A stretch of DNA of 64,000 bases from Anaerolineales bacterium (GTDB lineage Bacteria; Chloroflexota; Anaerolineae; Anaerolineales; UBA11858): NCBI GenBank assembly GCA_024763275.1, contig JANTFT010000001.1:63457-127456 (forward strand), read 5' to 3'. This document shows, one piece after another, positions 17,413-27,541 of the stretch. Position 1 is the stretch's first letter. Every line of letters begins with the position of its first letter. A program made the translations under genes and the position numbers. The notes under the pieces are model-generated. The model ran no database searches and had not been told where the DNA came from. It saw only the letters and a program-made list of their open reading frames with translations.

Positions 17413-18855
17413 ATGAAATTTTCCAGCTTGGCGTACAAGTGGTTTGCACTGCTTCTAATCGTTCCTCTGTTCAGCTCCTGCCAGATCAGCCCGGCTGAGG
17501 ATCCTGGTCAGGGATCTGAATCCCGGATCATTCAGACCATTCCCCCGGCCACGCTGACCGCTATCAGCGAAATGGCAGCTGCCAGCCAGACACCTGTTCC
17601 TGCCCCGATGGGCATTCCCTGGTCGGAGCTGGAAGGTCTGCACCTGGAATTCTGGTATATCTGGGATCTGGACGAGTCGGGGGTGGGCATGCATGCCATC
17701 GTTGAGCGCTTCAACAACGAGAACGAATGGGGGATTACCGTGAACGCTGTTGATCAGGGACTTGTGCTGGACCCTATCGCAACCGTGGAAGCGGCTTTTG
17801 CGGATGGGCTGGTGCCGCATCTCATGCTCAGCGACTCTTCGGTAATTGCGGGCTGGTATGAAAAGGGACTGACGATCGATTTGAGCTATCTATTGGCTGA
17901 TCCAGCTGCCGGGATGGCCAGGGAAGAGCAGAAAGCCTTTTATCCGGGCATCTGGGAGAATTTCACCCTCAGCGGCGATGACCTCCCCGGGATACCTTTC
18001 AGCCAATCAATTCAGGTGATCTATTACAACGAGAGTTGGGCCAGGGAGCTGGGGTATAATTCGCCGCCGTATAGCATAGAGGACCTGATGGAGCAGAGCT
18101 GCACTCCTGTTGAGGAAGATCAACCCGCCGGGATGGTATTTTCTCCCCAGGCGGAAAATATCCTCTCGTTCCTGTACGCCAATGATGGAGTACTCTATCA
18201 GCCCGGGGCGGATGCCTACCAGTTCTCTTCCCCTGAGATCAAGGAACTGGCCAGGGATTGGCGGGCATTTTTCCAGGATGGTTGTGGAACCCTGATTGCC
18301 AATTATCCTAACCCGATGGCCATCGAAACGGAGTTTGAGAGTTTTAATCAGCGGGATGCGCTGATGATCATGGGATCTTCTAGAATGATGGAGCATGTTC
18401 ACACCGGTCCTAATCAAACAGGACGCGCAGATGATTGGACCATGCTGCCCTTCATGGGCCCCGGGGGGTCAAAGGCTGTCGCTTCGGATTTGCAGTCAGT
18501 GGTGATTTTCAAGACATCCCCGCCAGAAGAACTGGCATCCTGGCTGTTCTTGAAATACCTGGTATCCCCAGAGGTCCAGTCTGAATGGGCGCAGTACAGC
18601 TATTACTATCCCACCAGGAAGGATAGTTTCTGGTTCCTGCGCGAGTTCCGCAAAGAGAACCCCTCCTGGGCAGAGGGGCTGAATTTGCTCAAGTACAGCC
18701 GTTCTGCCCCCCTGCATCCCTCGTGGAATCTTGTGAAGCTTGCCCTGGAGGACGCCTTTGAGGTTATCCTGGCCAGGCCGGACCTGGACCCGGACGAGCA
18801 GCTTGATTACCTCAATCAGATAGCCGCTGAACTATGGGAAAGGTCCGACCGCTGA
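17413..18855 (+). CDS. extracellular solute-binding lipoprotein (ABC-transporter family-1 SBP-like), no adjacent permease genes
   Basis: Signal peptide plus lipobox LFSSC when started at ATG 17413. The track start at 17365 lies inside the terminator. SBP-like pattern VIYYNESWARELGY. Confidence 0.65.
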   Translation: MKFSSLAYKWFALLLIVPLFSSCQISPAEDPGQGSESRIIQTIPPATLTAISEMAAASQTPVPAPMGIPWSELEGLHLEFWYIWDLDESGVGMHAIVERFNNENEWGITVNAVDQGLVLDPIATVEAAFADGLVPHLMLSDSSVIAGWYEKGLTIDLSYLLADPAAGMAREEQKAFYPGIWENFTLSGDDLPGIPFSQSIQVIYYNESWARELGYNSPPYSIEDLMEQSCTPVEEDQPAGMVFSPQAENILSFLYANDGVLYQPGADAYQFSSPEIKELARDWRAFFQDGCGTLIANYPNPMAIETEFESFNQRDALMIMGSSRMMEHVHTGPNQTGRADDWTMLPFMGPGGSKAVASDLQSVVIFKTSPPEELASWLFLKYLVSPEVQSEWAQYSYYYPTRKDSFWFLREFRKENPSWAEGLNLLKYSRSAPLHPSWNLVKLALEDAFEVILARPDLDPDEQLDYLNQIAAELWERSDR

Positions 18856-18887
18856 AACTGGCCTGAGCCAGTTCTGGAGTGTAAAAG

Positions 18888-19337
18888 ATGAATGAAAAAC
18901 CCAAAGTAGTCATCTACACAGATGGTGCCTGTTCAGGCAATCCCGGCCCGGGTGGTTGGGGCGCGCTGCTGAAGTTTGGGCCCCATGAGAGAGAACTGTC
19001 TGGCGCAGAAAGGAAAACCACCAATAACCGGATGGAAATCACCGCGGCGGTGATGGCGCTGCGGGCTTTGAAGGAGCCCTGTCAGGTTGATCTGTACACG
19101 GATTCCGAGTACCTCAAGAAAGGGATCACCGAGTGGATCTCCAACTGGAAGAAACTGGGCTGGCGGCGGGGATCGCCCGGTAAAACCAAACCGCTTGCCA
19201 ACGCCGACCTCTGGCAGGAGCTGGACAGGGAAATCTCGTCTCACGAGATCAACTGGCACTGGCTGCGCGGCCACGCCGGGCAGGAGGGAAATGAGCGGGC
19301 TGACCAGCTGGCTGCAGCCGCTATGAGAAAACAATAG
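18888..19337 (+). CDS. rnhA: ribonuclease HI
   Basis: [17 protein letters not shown] and NNRMEI..., with the conserved D/E/D/D catalytic context. 149 aa. Confidence 0.9.
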   Translation: MNEKPKVVIYTDGACSGNPGPGGWGALLKFGPHERELSGAERKTTNNRMEITAAVMALRALKEPCQVDLYTDSEYLKKGITEWISNWKKLGWRRGSPGKTKPLANADLWQELDREISSHEINWHWLRGHAGQEGNERADQLAAAAMRKQ

Positions 19338-19376
19338 GCCGGAGGGATTTGCGGAGTTCGGCCATCCCCTTCACGG

Positions 19377-19382
19377 TATAAT
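19377..19382 (+). promoter_or_regulatory. -10 box TATAAT, 7 nt upstream of ATG 19390 (leaderless-type)
   Basis: cggTATAATcctgagtATG, with no SD. Confidence 0.4.
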
Positions 19383-19389
19383 CCTGAGT

Positions 19390-19749
19390 ATGGAAAGCTC
19401 CAGGCTTCAAGTTCAGGAGGAGATCCTGCTGGCAAAACAATCCCGGCGGGAAGGAAATGAGGGCCGGGCCCGGGTTTGCGCCCGCCGAGCGGCCGGCGTG
19501 GCGGCTCAGGGTTATCTTCAAAAAGTAGGTCTTGGCGATCGGACCGAAAATATGCTCGAATCGCTTAGCACATTGAAGATTGAGCTGAAATTACCTGAAC
19601 GGGTGGAAAAGGCTGTTGATTATCTACTGCGAAGGGTCGACCTGGATTTCAATCTTCCCGGTGATGTGGATCTGATAAATGAGGCAGAGACAGTCATTGA
19701 ATATATTAACTCTGAAGAACAAGATCAACCTTCTCCCGATCCATGCTGA
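19390..19749 (+). CDS. hypothetical protein (119 aa)
   Basis: ORF only. Overlaps the next gene by 7 nt, which suggests co-translation. No family recognised. Confidence 0.45.
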   Translation: MESSRLQVQEEILLAKQSRREGNEGRARVCARRAAGVAAQGYLQKVGLGDRTENMLESLSTLKIELKLPERVEKAVDYLLRRVDLDFNLPGDVDLINEAETVIEYINSEEQDQPSPDPC

Positions 19750-21275
19750 ATTCATTCCTTCGTAGACCTGTCTGGTTGATAATAACCGGCTTGATAATTT
19801 TCGGTATTACGTTTGCGTCGGGCTGCAGTAAGGTTGCCGGGCCGGCTGCAAAGGACTCCACCTCGACTTCTGCGCCAGAGGTCACACCCAGGGTCGCTGC
19901 CCAGTTGACTTCTACCCCGGAAGCTGCCTCCACCGAGGAAATTCCCCCCACCCCCATCAAGGAACTCCTGGAGAGACCCCTGTATAAGATCTCGGCCAAC
20001 CTTGATTATCCAAATCATCAGCTGATTGTGGAGGAAAGGATCCTGGTCTCAAATCCTGCAGGCAAGTTTCTGGATGAGATCGATCTGGTGGTACCTCCCA
20101 ATAACTGGCCGGGAGTTTTTTCGATTCAGGATATCACTGCGGGTGATTTGCCCCTTGAGGGGTATAGTCTGACTGGAGTCACATTAAGTCTGGACCTGGG
20201 CGATTCTGGCTGGCAGCCTGATGAATTGCTTGAGCTGCAAATCCGGTATACGCTGAACCTGCCACCACAGAACAGCCTGCGAGGTTATGGACCTTCCCCG
20301 TTTGGATACACTTCCTTACAAACGAATTTGGTGGATTGGTATCCCATGGTTCCTCCTTATCAGGAAGATGAGGGTTGGTTGATCCACAAACCCTGGATTT
20401 TCGGGGAATACCTGGTCTATCCAGCCGCGGATTTTGAGATCAGCCTGAATCTGGGGACGCCGGGATTGATCGTGGCTGCCAGCTCGGCTTCATTGACTGA
20501 AGGCGATCCACTTCAATATACACTTTCAGAGGCAAGGAACTTCGTATTTTCCATCAGTCCTGCCTATCAGGTGCTGGAAGCGGACTTGAACGGTGTCAAG
20601 GTTTACGGATATATCCTTCCTGGTTATCAGGTGCCGGGACAAGCGGCTCTTGAGGCAAGCCTGCAGGCATTGACCCTTTACCAGGATTTATATGGCCCTT
20701 ATCAGCAGGCCAGCTTATCTATGGTTCAGGCTGATTTCAATCACGGGATGGAATATGAAGGTTTATTTTTCCTGAGCCGGGGATTCTTTGATACCTATAC
20801 TGGCTCTGAAAAGAGCTATTTGGTGACTATCGCTGTCCATGAGACGGCTCATCAATGGTGGTATGGACAGGTTGCCAACGACCAGGCCCTCGAGCCCTGG
20901 CTCGATGAAGCCTTCTGCACCTACAGCGAGCTGGCCTATTATGAGAATTTATATCCCCAGAGCGTGGATTGGTGGTGGGCTACCAGAGTAAATTACTATC
21001 AGCCTTCTGGCAGGATCGATCGGTCCATTTATGGGTTCCAGGATTTTGTCGACCAGTATTTAAGCTACCGGAATGCGACCTATCTCCAGGGAGCGAAATT
21101 CCTGGCTGCACTCAAGGACTACCTGGGGGAAGAGGAATTTTACCGATTCTTAAGAGAATATGGGTTCCGGAACCGGAATCAAATTGCCACCAGCGATGAT
21201 TTCTTTGAAGTGTTAGGAGAATATCTTGATCTTAAAGAATTGACCTGGCTGGGAGACTATTTCCTGATTAAGTGA
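19743..21275 (+). CDS. M1-family (gluzincin) metallopeptidase, lipoprotein
   Basis: HETAHQWWYGQV...18 residues...E, i.e. HEXXH-X18-E. N-terminal signal with lipobox FASGC. Confidence 0.75.
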   Translation: MLNSFLRRPVWLIITGLIIFGITFASGCSKVAGPAAKDSTSTSAPEVTPRVAAQLTSTPEAASTEEIPPTPIKELLERPLYKISANLDYPNHQLIVEERILVSNPAGKFLDEIDLVVPPNNWPGVFSIQDITAGDLPLEGYSLTGVTLSLDLGDSGWQPDELLELQIRYTLNLPPQNSLRGYGPSPFGYTSLQTNLVDWYPMVPPYQEDEGWLIHKPWIFGEYLVYPAADFEISLNLGTPGLIVAASSASLTEGDPLQYTLSEARNFVFSISPAYQVLEADLNGVKVYGYILPGYQVPGQAALEASLQALTLYQDLYGPYQQASLSMVQADFNHGMEYEGLFFLSRGFFDTYTGSEKSYLVTIAVHETAHQWWYGQVANDQALEPWLDEAFCTYSELAYYENLYPQSVDWWWATRVNYYQPSGRIDRSIYGFQDFVDQYLSYRNATYLQGAKFLAALKDYLGEEEFYRFLREYGFRNRNQIATSDDFFEVLGEYLDLKELTWLGDYFLIK

Positions 21276-21450
21276 TAACCTCACTGAGGGCTTTGGGTCC
21301 GTGTTTCCTCTATATAGACGGGAAAATTTATTATTCATGATCCTCCAACAGTTCTTTCCTTAACGAAACTGATAACTGAGAGGAGGGATTTTTAAGCTAC
21401 ACTGGAGTCAAGGAAAAGCAATACTTCCACTTCTTCTCCTCCTTAGATAT

Positions 21451-21488
21451 GCATACACCTCACCGAGGGCAGCCGGTGAGGTGTATGC
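21451..21488. terminator. 14-bp perfect hairpin; terminator candidate between the M1 peptidase gene and the tRNA operon
   Basis: gcatacacctcacc-gagggcagcc-ggtgaggtgtatgc, followed on the + strand by cttttaataaaa. Confidence 0.5.
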
Positions 21489-21504
21489 CTTTTAATAAAA
21501 TAAG

Positions 21505-21575
<71 letters not shown>

Positions 21576-21649
21576 TTGATAAAAAGAAACTGATGGTTTC
21601 CGGCTGTTCTGTGTCAGCCTTCTGCCACCAGCCGAAAGAGGAAAACAAG

Positions 21650-21721
<72 letters not shown>

Positions 21722-21728
21722 TTGAAAG

Positions 21729-21801
21729 TGCCGAGAGCCAGACTCGAACTGGCGACACCTTGATTTTCAGTCAAGTGCTCTACCAACTGAGCTATCTCGG
21801 C
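21729..21801 (-). tRNA. tRNA-Phe (GAA)
   Basis: Acceptor GCCGAGA/TCTCGGC, D-loop AGTTGGTA, anticodon stem-loop CTTGA-CTGAAAA-TCAAG, T-loop TTCGAGT. 73 nt, no CCA. Confidence 0.9.
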
Positions 21802-21831
21802 CTGAGCTCATTCCTCGCTATAGCACCGCCA

Positions 21832-21860
21832 ATTTTACTCGCTCGGTATAGCCTTGTCAA
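21832..21860 (-). promoter_or_regulatory. sigma70-type promoter TTGACA-17 nt-TAAAAT for the tRNA operon
   Basis: Minus strand: TTGACA (21860-21855), 17 nt, TAAAAT (21837-21832), about 30 nt upstream of tRNA-Phe. Confidence 0.7.
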
Positions 21861-22321
21861 GCTTCCGGCTTTGGGGAGGTAAGAAAGGGCAAATAAAGCA
21901 GAAAACCGATTGCGATGATAATTTCACCGGCTACCACGCCTGCTGCCTGCTGAGGACCAAAAAAGGGCAGGGATGGCCACGATTGTGTGCCAAACCCGAA
22001 TACATCCGCCATCCCTGAAATCAAGGAAACCAGATATCCGGTAGCAACCAGACGCGCACCGATGTCCTGGGCCAAAGATTGATCGCGAGCTCTCCGCTGA
22101 CAGCTTTTAAAGCTGACAAATCCGCCCAGGCAGATCAGGGCCAATCCAACGGAAAAGGTGGCGGTCTGGACAAAACCGATCACCGGGCTGCGGTCCAGGC
22201 CAAACCAGCCTGGTTTGGCTCCCAGCACGAGTATCAGAAATCCGATCACTGTTGTGCCCAGCCCGAGATTGACTCGTAATTTGGTCATTTTGCCATTTGA
22301 CTTAGGGTTTCTTCCATCCAT
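21857..22321 (-). CDS. hypothetical integral membrane protein (about 4 TM)
   Basis: Hydrophobic segments VIGFLILVLGA, ATFSVGLALICLGGFV, GYLVSLISGMADVFGF and AGVVAGEIIIAIGFLLY. Confidence 0.5.
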   Translation of the reverse strand: MDGRNPKSNGKMTKLRVNLGLGTTVIGFLILVLGAKPGWFGLDRSPVIGFVQTATFSVGLALICLGGFVSFKSCQRRARDQSLAQDIGARLVATGYLVSLISGMADVFGFGTQSWPSLPFFGPQQAAGVVAGEIIIAIGFLLYLPFLTSPKPEA

Positions 22322-22333
22322 AGGGGACTTTGA

Positions 22334-22636
22334 TTATAACTGAAAACCCGTCCGGGCAGGGATAACTTTGTAGGAGAAATTCTCCACGAAATTCATCAGG
22401 TTGTCAATCAAGCGCTGCCAATCCTTGGAAGCCATGGCCACATTGAGAGCTGCCTGACTCTGGGTTTTTGCGGCAACCATGATCTGAGGCTGGTCGCCGT
22501 ACATGGTATACCATAGATCTGTAGGGCTGATGCCCAGCTGCTTGATCTCCGGGATAAAATCGCTGATCACGAATTCGAAATATTCCTGTTCCTTGTTGGG
22601 CAGGATATCCCAAGTCATGAGGAGCTTAACAGTCAT
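22334..22636 (-). CDS. hypothetical small protein (100 aa)
   Basis: ORF with normal-looking composition in an operon position between the MBL hydrolase and the membrane protein. No family recognised. Confidence 0.45.
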   Translation of the reverse strand: MTVKLLMTWDILPNKEQEYFEFVISDFIPEIKQLGISPTDLWYTMYGDQPQIMVAAKTQSQAALNVAMASKDWQRLIDNLMNFVENFSYKVIPARTGFQL

Positions 22637-22647
22637 GCAGGGCCTCT

Positions 22648-23307
22648 TTATCCGGTTTCCCGGGTGTATTCCAGCACGACCACATTGGTCTCACTGCTGG
22701 AGCGGGTGCTGCTGATATTCAGCTCGGGGCGGGGCTCAACCTTGTCCAGCCCCATCTCTTTGATGAATTTATCGAGGGGATCCAGTTCCAGCTTGCATTC
22801 CGCGGTCTGGTAGTACATGGGTATCGCGTAGCTGGGCTCAAGGATACGAATAGCTTCAACTGCTTTGGAAGCAGTCAGACTGCTTCCACCTCCGACCGGA
22901 ACCAGGGCTACGTGCACGTCCCCGGCAATGGACTTGACATCGGATTGACTGGGGACCCGGGCGAGGTCCCCCAGGTGAGCAACCAGAATCCCGTTGTAAT
23001 CGAAGATGTACATGACGTTGCGGGGGGCATCCTTCTTTTTGTTGTGGTTTGTGCGGATGCCGGTAATAAAAACCTCCCCGATCTCATATTCTCCAGGACC
23101 GGCAAGAATGTGCTGAGTGGATTTTCTCTTTTTTATTACCTTGGTGTAATTGTGCCCCGGGTCATCATGGCTGACTGTCACAATATCGGCCGATAAATTG
23201 AGCTCGCTGTAGCCGATCTTTCTGTGGTCGTAAGGGTCGGTTACGACGGTGGCCATACCGCGCTCAGTCAATCGAAAACATGAATGCCCATGCCAGGTGA
23301 TGTTCAT
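22648..23307 (-). CDS. metallo-beta-lactamase-fold hydrolase (UPF0173-like)
   Basis: N-terminus MNITWHGHSCFRL plus VVTDPY, typical of this MBL subfamily. 219 aa. Confidence 0.75.
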   Translation of the reverse strand: MNITWHGHSCFRLTERGMATVVTDPYDHRKIGYSELNLSADIVTVSHDDPGHNYTKVIKKRKSTQHILAGPGEYEIGEVFITGIRTNHNKKKDAPRNVMYIFDYNGILVAHLGDLARVPSQSDVKSIAGDVHVALVPVGGGSSLTASKAVEAIRILEPSYAIPMYYQTAECKLELDPLDKFIKEMGLDKVEPRPELNISSTRSSSETNVVVLEYTRETG

Positions 23308-23541
23308 TAAGCCTCCTGCCGGCTTCCTTTTTTTTCTATTTTGCTCTTGTCTTGCAAGAAGTGATTATACTTCAAACCGCCAATTTCTGATAGTTTCCTG
23401 ACCGCCCCGGGTCGGCTCCTCACCCAGCTGGAACCCCGCGCCGACCTCGATGAGTTCTCTCCCTCTTATCCTCTTTTGGGGTAGATTGGGGGACTTCTCT
23501 CAGGCCTGGACTCCCTGCAAACAGGAGGGACTCCTGAGAGT

Positions 23542-23550
23542 TGGTATAAT
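23542..23550 (+). promoter_or_regulatory. extended -10 TGgTATAAT upstream of uvrA
   Basis: gagagtTGgTATAATtgctc. There is no TTGACA-like -35; the palindrome CAGGAG-gga-CTCCTG occupies that position. Confidence 0.5.
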
Positions 23551-23616
23551 TGCTCATGTTCGTCGATCAGCTGTTTGGGAGGGATTCCCGGGCCCGGCCC
23601 GGTTGCCTGAGTGAAT

Positions 23617-26511
23617 ATGGAAAAGAAGATCAAAGTCGTTGGTGCCAAGGTCCACAACCTGAAGAATATTACCGTGGAAATCCCCCGGGACAAACTGGTA
23701 GTCATCACCGGACTGTCTGGCTCAGGGAAATCCTCCCTGGCCTTTGATACCATCTTTGCGGAGGGACAGCGCCGGTACGTGGAATCGCTTTCCTCCTATG
23801 CGCGCCAATTTCTGGGGCAGATGGACAAACCGGAAGTGGAATATATCGAAGGCCTCTCTCCCGCGGTGTCCATTGATCAGCGGGGGACCTCGCAGAACCC
23901 CCGCTCAACGGTAGGTACAGTCACCGAGATTTATGATTATCTGCGCCTGCTTTTCGCCCGGGCAGGCATACCCCACTGCCCCCAGTGCGGCCGGGAAGTG
24001 ACAACCCAATCCGCCCAGGAAATTGTCGAGCACCTGGCGGGTCTTCCCGAGGGGACGCGTTTTAATATCCTTGCCCCGGTGGTGCGCGGTAAAAAGGGCG
24101 AACACCAGGGCATCCTGGACGAGATCGCAAAATCAGGTTTTGTGCGGGCCAGGATCGATGGGAAGATCCGCCGCCTGGAGGAGGACATCCAGCTGGAGCG
24201 CTACCAGCAGCACACCATCGAGGCGGTTGTTGACCGCCTGGTAATCCAGGATTTTAAAGAGCGGGAAGACCGCGACAATTTCCTTTCCCGGCTGACCGAT
24301 TCTGTTGAAACTGCCTTGAAATATGGGGACGGCTACCTGACAGTTTATGATGAGACCGATCCTGAGAATCCGCTTACTACCAATTACTCCGAGCACCTGG
24401 CCTGCCCGGTATGTGAGATCAGCCTTCCAGAAATTGAACCGCGCACGTTTTCTTTTAATACTCCCCACGGAGCCTGTCCCACCTGTGAGGGAATTGGCAC
24501 CAAGCTGGAGGTCGATGTTAACCTGCTGATCCCGGACCCAGGGCTCTCCGTCAATGCCGGGGCGATCGATGCCCAGGAATGGGGCGGTCCTCGAGCTCAG
24601 GGAGGGTATTACTGGAGAGCGCTGGTTGGAGCAGCCGATCTTTACCAGATCGATCTGGATAAGCCTTTCCAGAAGCTCTCGGAAAAGGAACAGCGGGTCG
24701 TTCTCTACGGCACTCAGGGGGAAGAGGTGCCGATGACCTATACGGATAAGGAAGGCCGGGAGTACGAGTTTTACCGGTCATTTGAGGGCGTGATCAACAA
24801 TCTTGAGCGCCGCTTCAAGGAAACCCAATCGGAGTATATGCGGACCCGCATCATGGGGTATATGAACGACAACCCCTGCCCGACCTGTCAGGGCGCCAGG
24901 CTGCGCCCCGAGGCTCTGGCAGTGACCGTAGACGATGTGAACATTGTGGAAGTGTCCGGCTGGCCGATTCAAAAGACCCTGGAGTGGATCAATCATCTCC
25001 GAGGAGAGAAATCCCCGCTGAACGAACGTCAGGGGATCATCGCTGACCGGGTGCTGCGCGAACTGGCTGAACGCTTGGGTTTCCTGGTGGATGTAGGTTT
25101 GGATTATTTGACATTAAGCCGGTCTGCCGGCACCCTTTCAGGGGGCGAAGCCCAGCGCATCCGCCTGGCGACCCAGATCGGATCCCATCTCATGGGGGTG
25201 CTGTATGTGCTGGATGAGCCCTCGATCGGGCTCCATCCTCGGGATAACAAGCGGCTGCTGCGCACGCTGGAAGGACTTCGCGACCTGGGCAACACGGTGA
25301 TGGTGGTTGAGCATGACGCCGAAACGATCGAGACCGCTGATTGGATCCTCGATCTGGGTCCGGGTGCAGGCGAGCAGGGTGGCGAGGTGGTCGCAGCAGG
25401 CACGATCAAGGATATCCTGGTTCACCCTGATTCGCTGACCGGCGCATACCTGTCAGGCCGGCTCCAGGTCCCTGTACCTGAGCAGCGCCGCCAGGGCAAC
25501 GGCCAAGCCCTGAAGATCCTGGGGGCCCGGGAGCACAACCTGAAAAACATCGATGTCACCATCCCTCTCGGGCGGCTGGTGTGCATCACCGGTGTCTCGG
25601 GATCCGGTAAATCCACCCTGATGATAGAGATCCTTTATAAAGCCCTGGCCCGGCAGCTGAACAAGGCCAAGAGCAAGCCAGGGGACCATGATGGCATCGA
25701 GGGTGTGGAGTACATCGACAAGGTCGTTAACATCGATCAATCTCCCATCGGACGGACTCCCCGTTCAAATCCGGGCACTTATACCAAGTTGTTTGACTAC
25801 ATCCGGGATCTGTTTGCCAATCTGCCGGAGAGCAAGATCCGCGGGTATGACAAGGGCCGATTTTCCTTCAACGTCAAAGGGGGGAGGTGTGAGGCCTGCC
25901 GGGGACATGGACAGCTGGAAATAGAAATGCAGTTTCTTCCGGACGTTTTTGTGCCCTGTGATGTCTGCCACGGAGCACGCTACAACCGGGAAACTCTCCA
26001 GGTTCGCTATAAGGGCGAATACAACATCGCCGATGTGCTGAATATGACCGTTGATCAAGCGGCTGAGGTATTCGAAGCCTTCCCGGCCATGATGAGCCGC
26101 ATCAAAACCCTCCAGGATGTGGGATTGGGATATATCAGGATCGGCCAATCCTCCACAACCCTGTCCGGAGGGGAAGCCCAGCGTATCAAGCTCTCCCGTG
26201 AGCTGGCTAAAAAATCCACAGGATCCACCCTATATGTCCTGGATGAACCCTCGGTGGGTTTGCATGCTGCGGACGTGCATAAGCTGATCGAGGTCCTCCA
26301 GCGCCTGGTAGATGAAGGCAACACTGTGCTGATCATCGAACACAACCTGGATATCATCAAGGTAGCGGACTATATCATCGATCTGGGGCCGGAGGGGGGA
26401 GATGCCGGAGGCGAAGTGATCGCGGAGGGGCTGCCCGCTGAGATCTGCAGTTCCCCGGATTCCTATACCGGGAAATATCTCAAATCATATATCAAGGAAA
26501 ATCATTCCTGA
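23617..26511 (+). CDS. uvrA: excinuclease ABC subunit A
   Basis: Two ABC modules (GLSGSGKSS and GVSGSGKST Walker A, two LSGGE signatures), CxxC zinc modules, and an N-terminus collinear with E. coli UvrA. Confidence 0.97.
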   Translation: MEKKIKVVGAKVHNLKNITVEIPRDKLVVITGLSGSGKSSLAFDTIFAEGQRRYVESLSSYARQFLGQMDKPEVEYIEGLSPAVSIDQRGTSQNPRSTVGTVTEIYDYLRLLFARAGIPHCPQCGREVTTQSAQEIVEHLAGLPEGTRFNILAPVVRGKKGEHQGILDEIAKSGFVRARIDGKIRRLEEDIQLERYQQHTIEAVVDRLVIQDFKEREDRDNFLSRLTDSVETALKYGDGYLTVYDETDPENPLTTNYSEHLACPVCEISLPEIEPRTFSFNTPHGACPTCEGIGTKLEVDVNLLIPDPGLSVNAGAIDAQEWGGPRAQGGYYWRALVGAADLYQIDLDKPFQKLSEKEQRVVLYGTQGEEVPMTYTDKEGREYEFYRSFEGVINNLERRFKETQSEYMRTRIMGYMNDNPCPTCQGARLRPEALAVTVDDVNIVEVSGWPIQKTLEWINHLRGEKSPLNERQGIIADRVLRELAERLGFLVDVGLDYLTLSRSAGTLSGGEAQRIRLATQIGSHLMGVLYVLDEPSIGLHPRDNKRLLRTLEGLRDLGNTVMVVEHDAETIETADWILDLGPGAGEQGGEVVAAGTIKDILVHPDSLTGAYLSGRLQVPVPEQRRQGNGQALKILGAREHNLKNIDVTIPLGRLVCITGVSGSGKSTLMIEILYKALARQLNKAKSKPGDHDGIEGVEYIDKVVNIDQSPIGRTPRSNPGTYTKLFDYIRDLFANLPESKIRGYDKGRFSFNVKGGRCEACRGHGQLEIEMQFLPDVFVPCDVCHGARYNRETLQVRYKGEYNIADVLNMTVDQAAEVFEAFPAMMSRIKTLQDVGLGYIRIGQSSTTLSGGEAQRIKLSRELAKKSTGSTLYVLDEPSVGLHAADVHKLIEVLQRLVDEGNTVLIIEHNLDIIKVADYIIDLGPEGGDAGGEVIAEGLPAEICSSPDSYTGKYLKSYIKENHS

Positions 26512-26566
26512 AATTGGACAGGAAGCGAGCTCCTTCGAAGGCCCCCTTTTCCATAGATCCTTTTCT

Positions 26567-27523
26567 CTACTTCTTCCGGGCAACGTATATATCCGCGTCC
26601 AGCATGACTCCATCCTGGATGAAGTGGTGAACGAAGTAGAGATTCCCCTCACTGTCCAGGGTTGGTTCAGCCGCAAACTGAGAAATGATCAGGATTGGCT
26701 CTTTCCAGCTCCCATTTTCCCGGTATGACACGTAAATTGCCGGAGATCCCTGGTAGGTTCTGGTGAACCACAGCGCCTGCCCGTCAGGGGTGACAAAAGG
26801 TCTGGTGTCATCTTCCGGGCTGTTGACTGCGGTGATATTGACCGGTTCCCCCCAGCTTCCATTTTCCAGCTGGCTGACCCAGATATCGTTCTTCCCCAGC
26901 GACCCGGGGCGAGAGCTGTGAAAATACAGCTCCTGACCATCGGCGGTGATATGCAGTTCTCCCACCTGGTAGTCAGGATCGAAATCCGCCTGCTGCCAAT
27001 CTCCCCAGACACCGAAATCATAACTTGCCCTGAACCAGTGCAGCCCGGTGAGACCTTCCCTCGCTGTGCAGAACCAGAGCTGGTTCCCCACCAGCATGGG
27101 ACATCCATCCAGTGCCAACCCGTCACTGAGAACGACGCGCTCAGGCTCGCTCCAGACCCCGGAAACCAATTTGCTCTGGTAGATTCCGGTCACGCTGTCA
27201 GTGAGCTGCTGTTCAGCGCTTTTTGAGACGTCAGGGGTGAAGAAAAAGAAGAATGTGTTTCCATCCGGCGTGATAAAAGGGGAATCCTCTCCACCGGAGG
27301 AGTTGATGGGTCCCGGCATGGGCTGGGGCTCCTCCCAGGCGGGATTGTGCAGGATGGGCGGGAATGAGTCCGTTTGGGGGTTCATCTTCACGGTGTCCGC
27401 AGGGATGCGGCTGTATCTGGATGGAAGAGAAGTGGCGGCTGTGATGGCCGGCTCGGTTTCCGCGCACCCCGCCAGGATTAAAAGGGAGGCACACAGGACC
27501 GCAAAGCATATTATCCTTTTCAT
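26567..27523 (-). CDS. PD40/TolB-like beta-propeller lipoprotein
   Basis: Signal peptide with lipobox LILAGC. Repeated motifs of the form SP(F/V)(I/V)TPDG..(L/F)(W/F)F. Confidence 0.6.
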   Translation of the reverse strand: MKRIICFAVLCASLLILAGCAETEPAITAATSLPSRYSRIPADTVKMNPQTDSFPPILHNPAWEEPQPMPGPINSSGGEDSPFITPDGNTFFFFFTPDVSKSAEQQLTDSVTGIYQSKLVSGVWSEPERVVLSDGLALDGCPMLVGNQLWFCTAREGLTGLHWFRASYDFGVWGDWQQADFDPDYQVGELHITADGQELYFHSSRPGSLGKNDIWVSQLENGSWGEPVNITAVNSPEDDTRPFVTPDGQALWFTRTYQGSPAIYVSYRENGSWKEPILIISQFAAEPTLDSEGNLYFVHHFIQDGVMLDADIYVARKK

Positions 27524-27541
27524 CTTCCCTCCCTGGTTATT

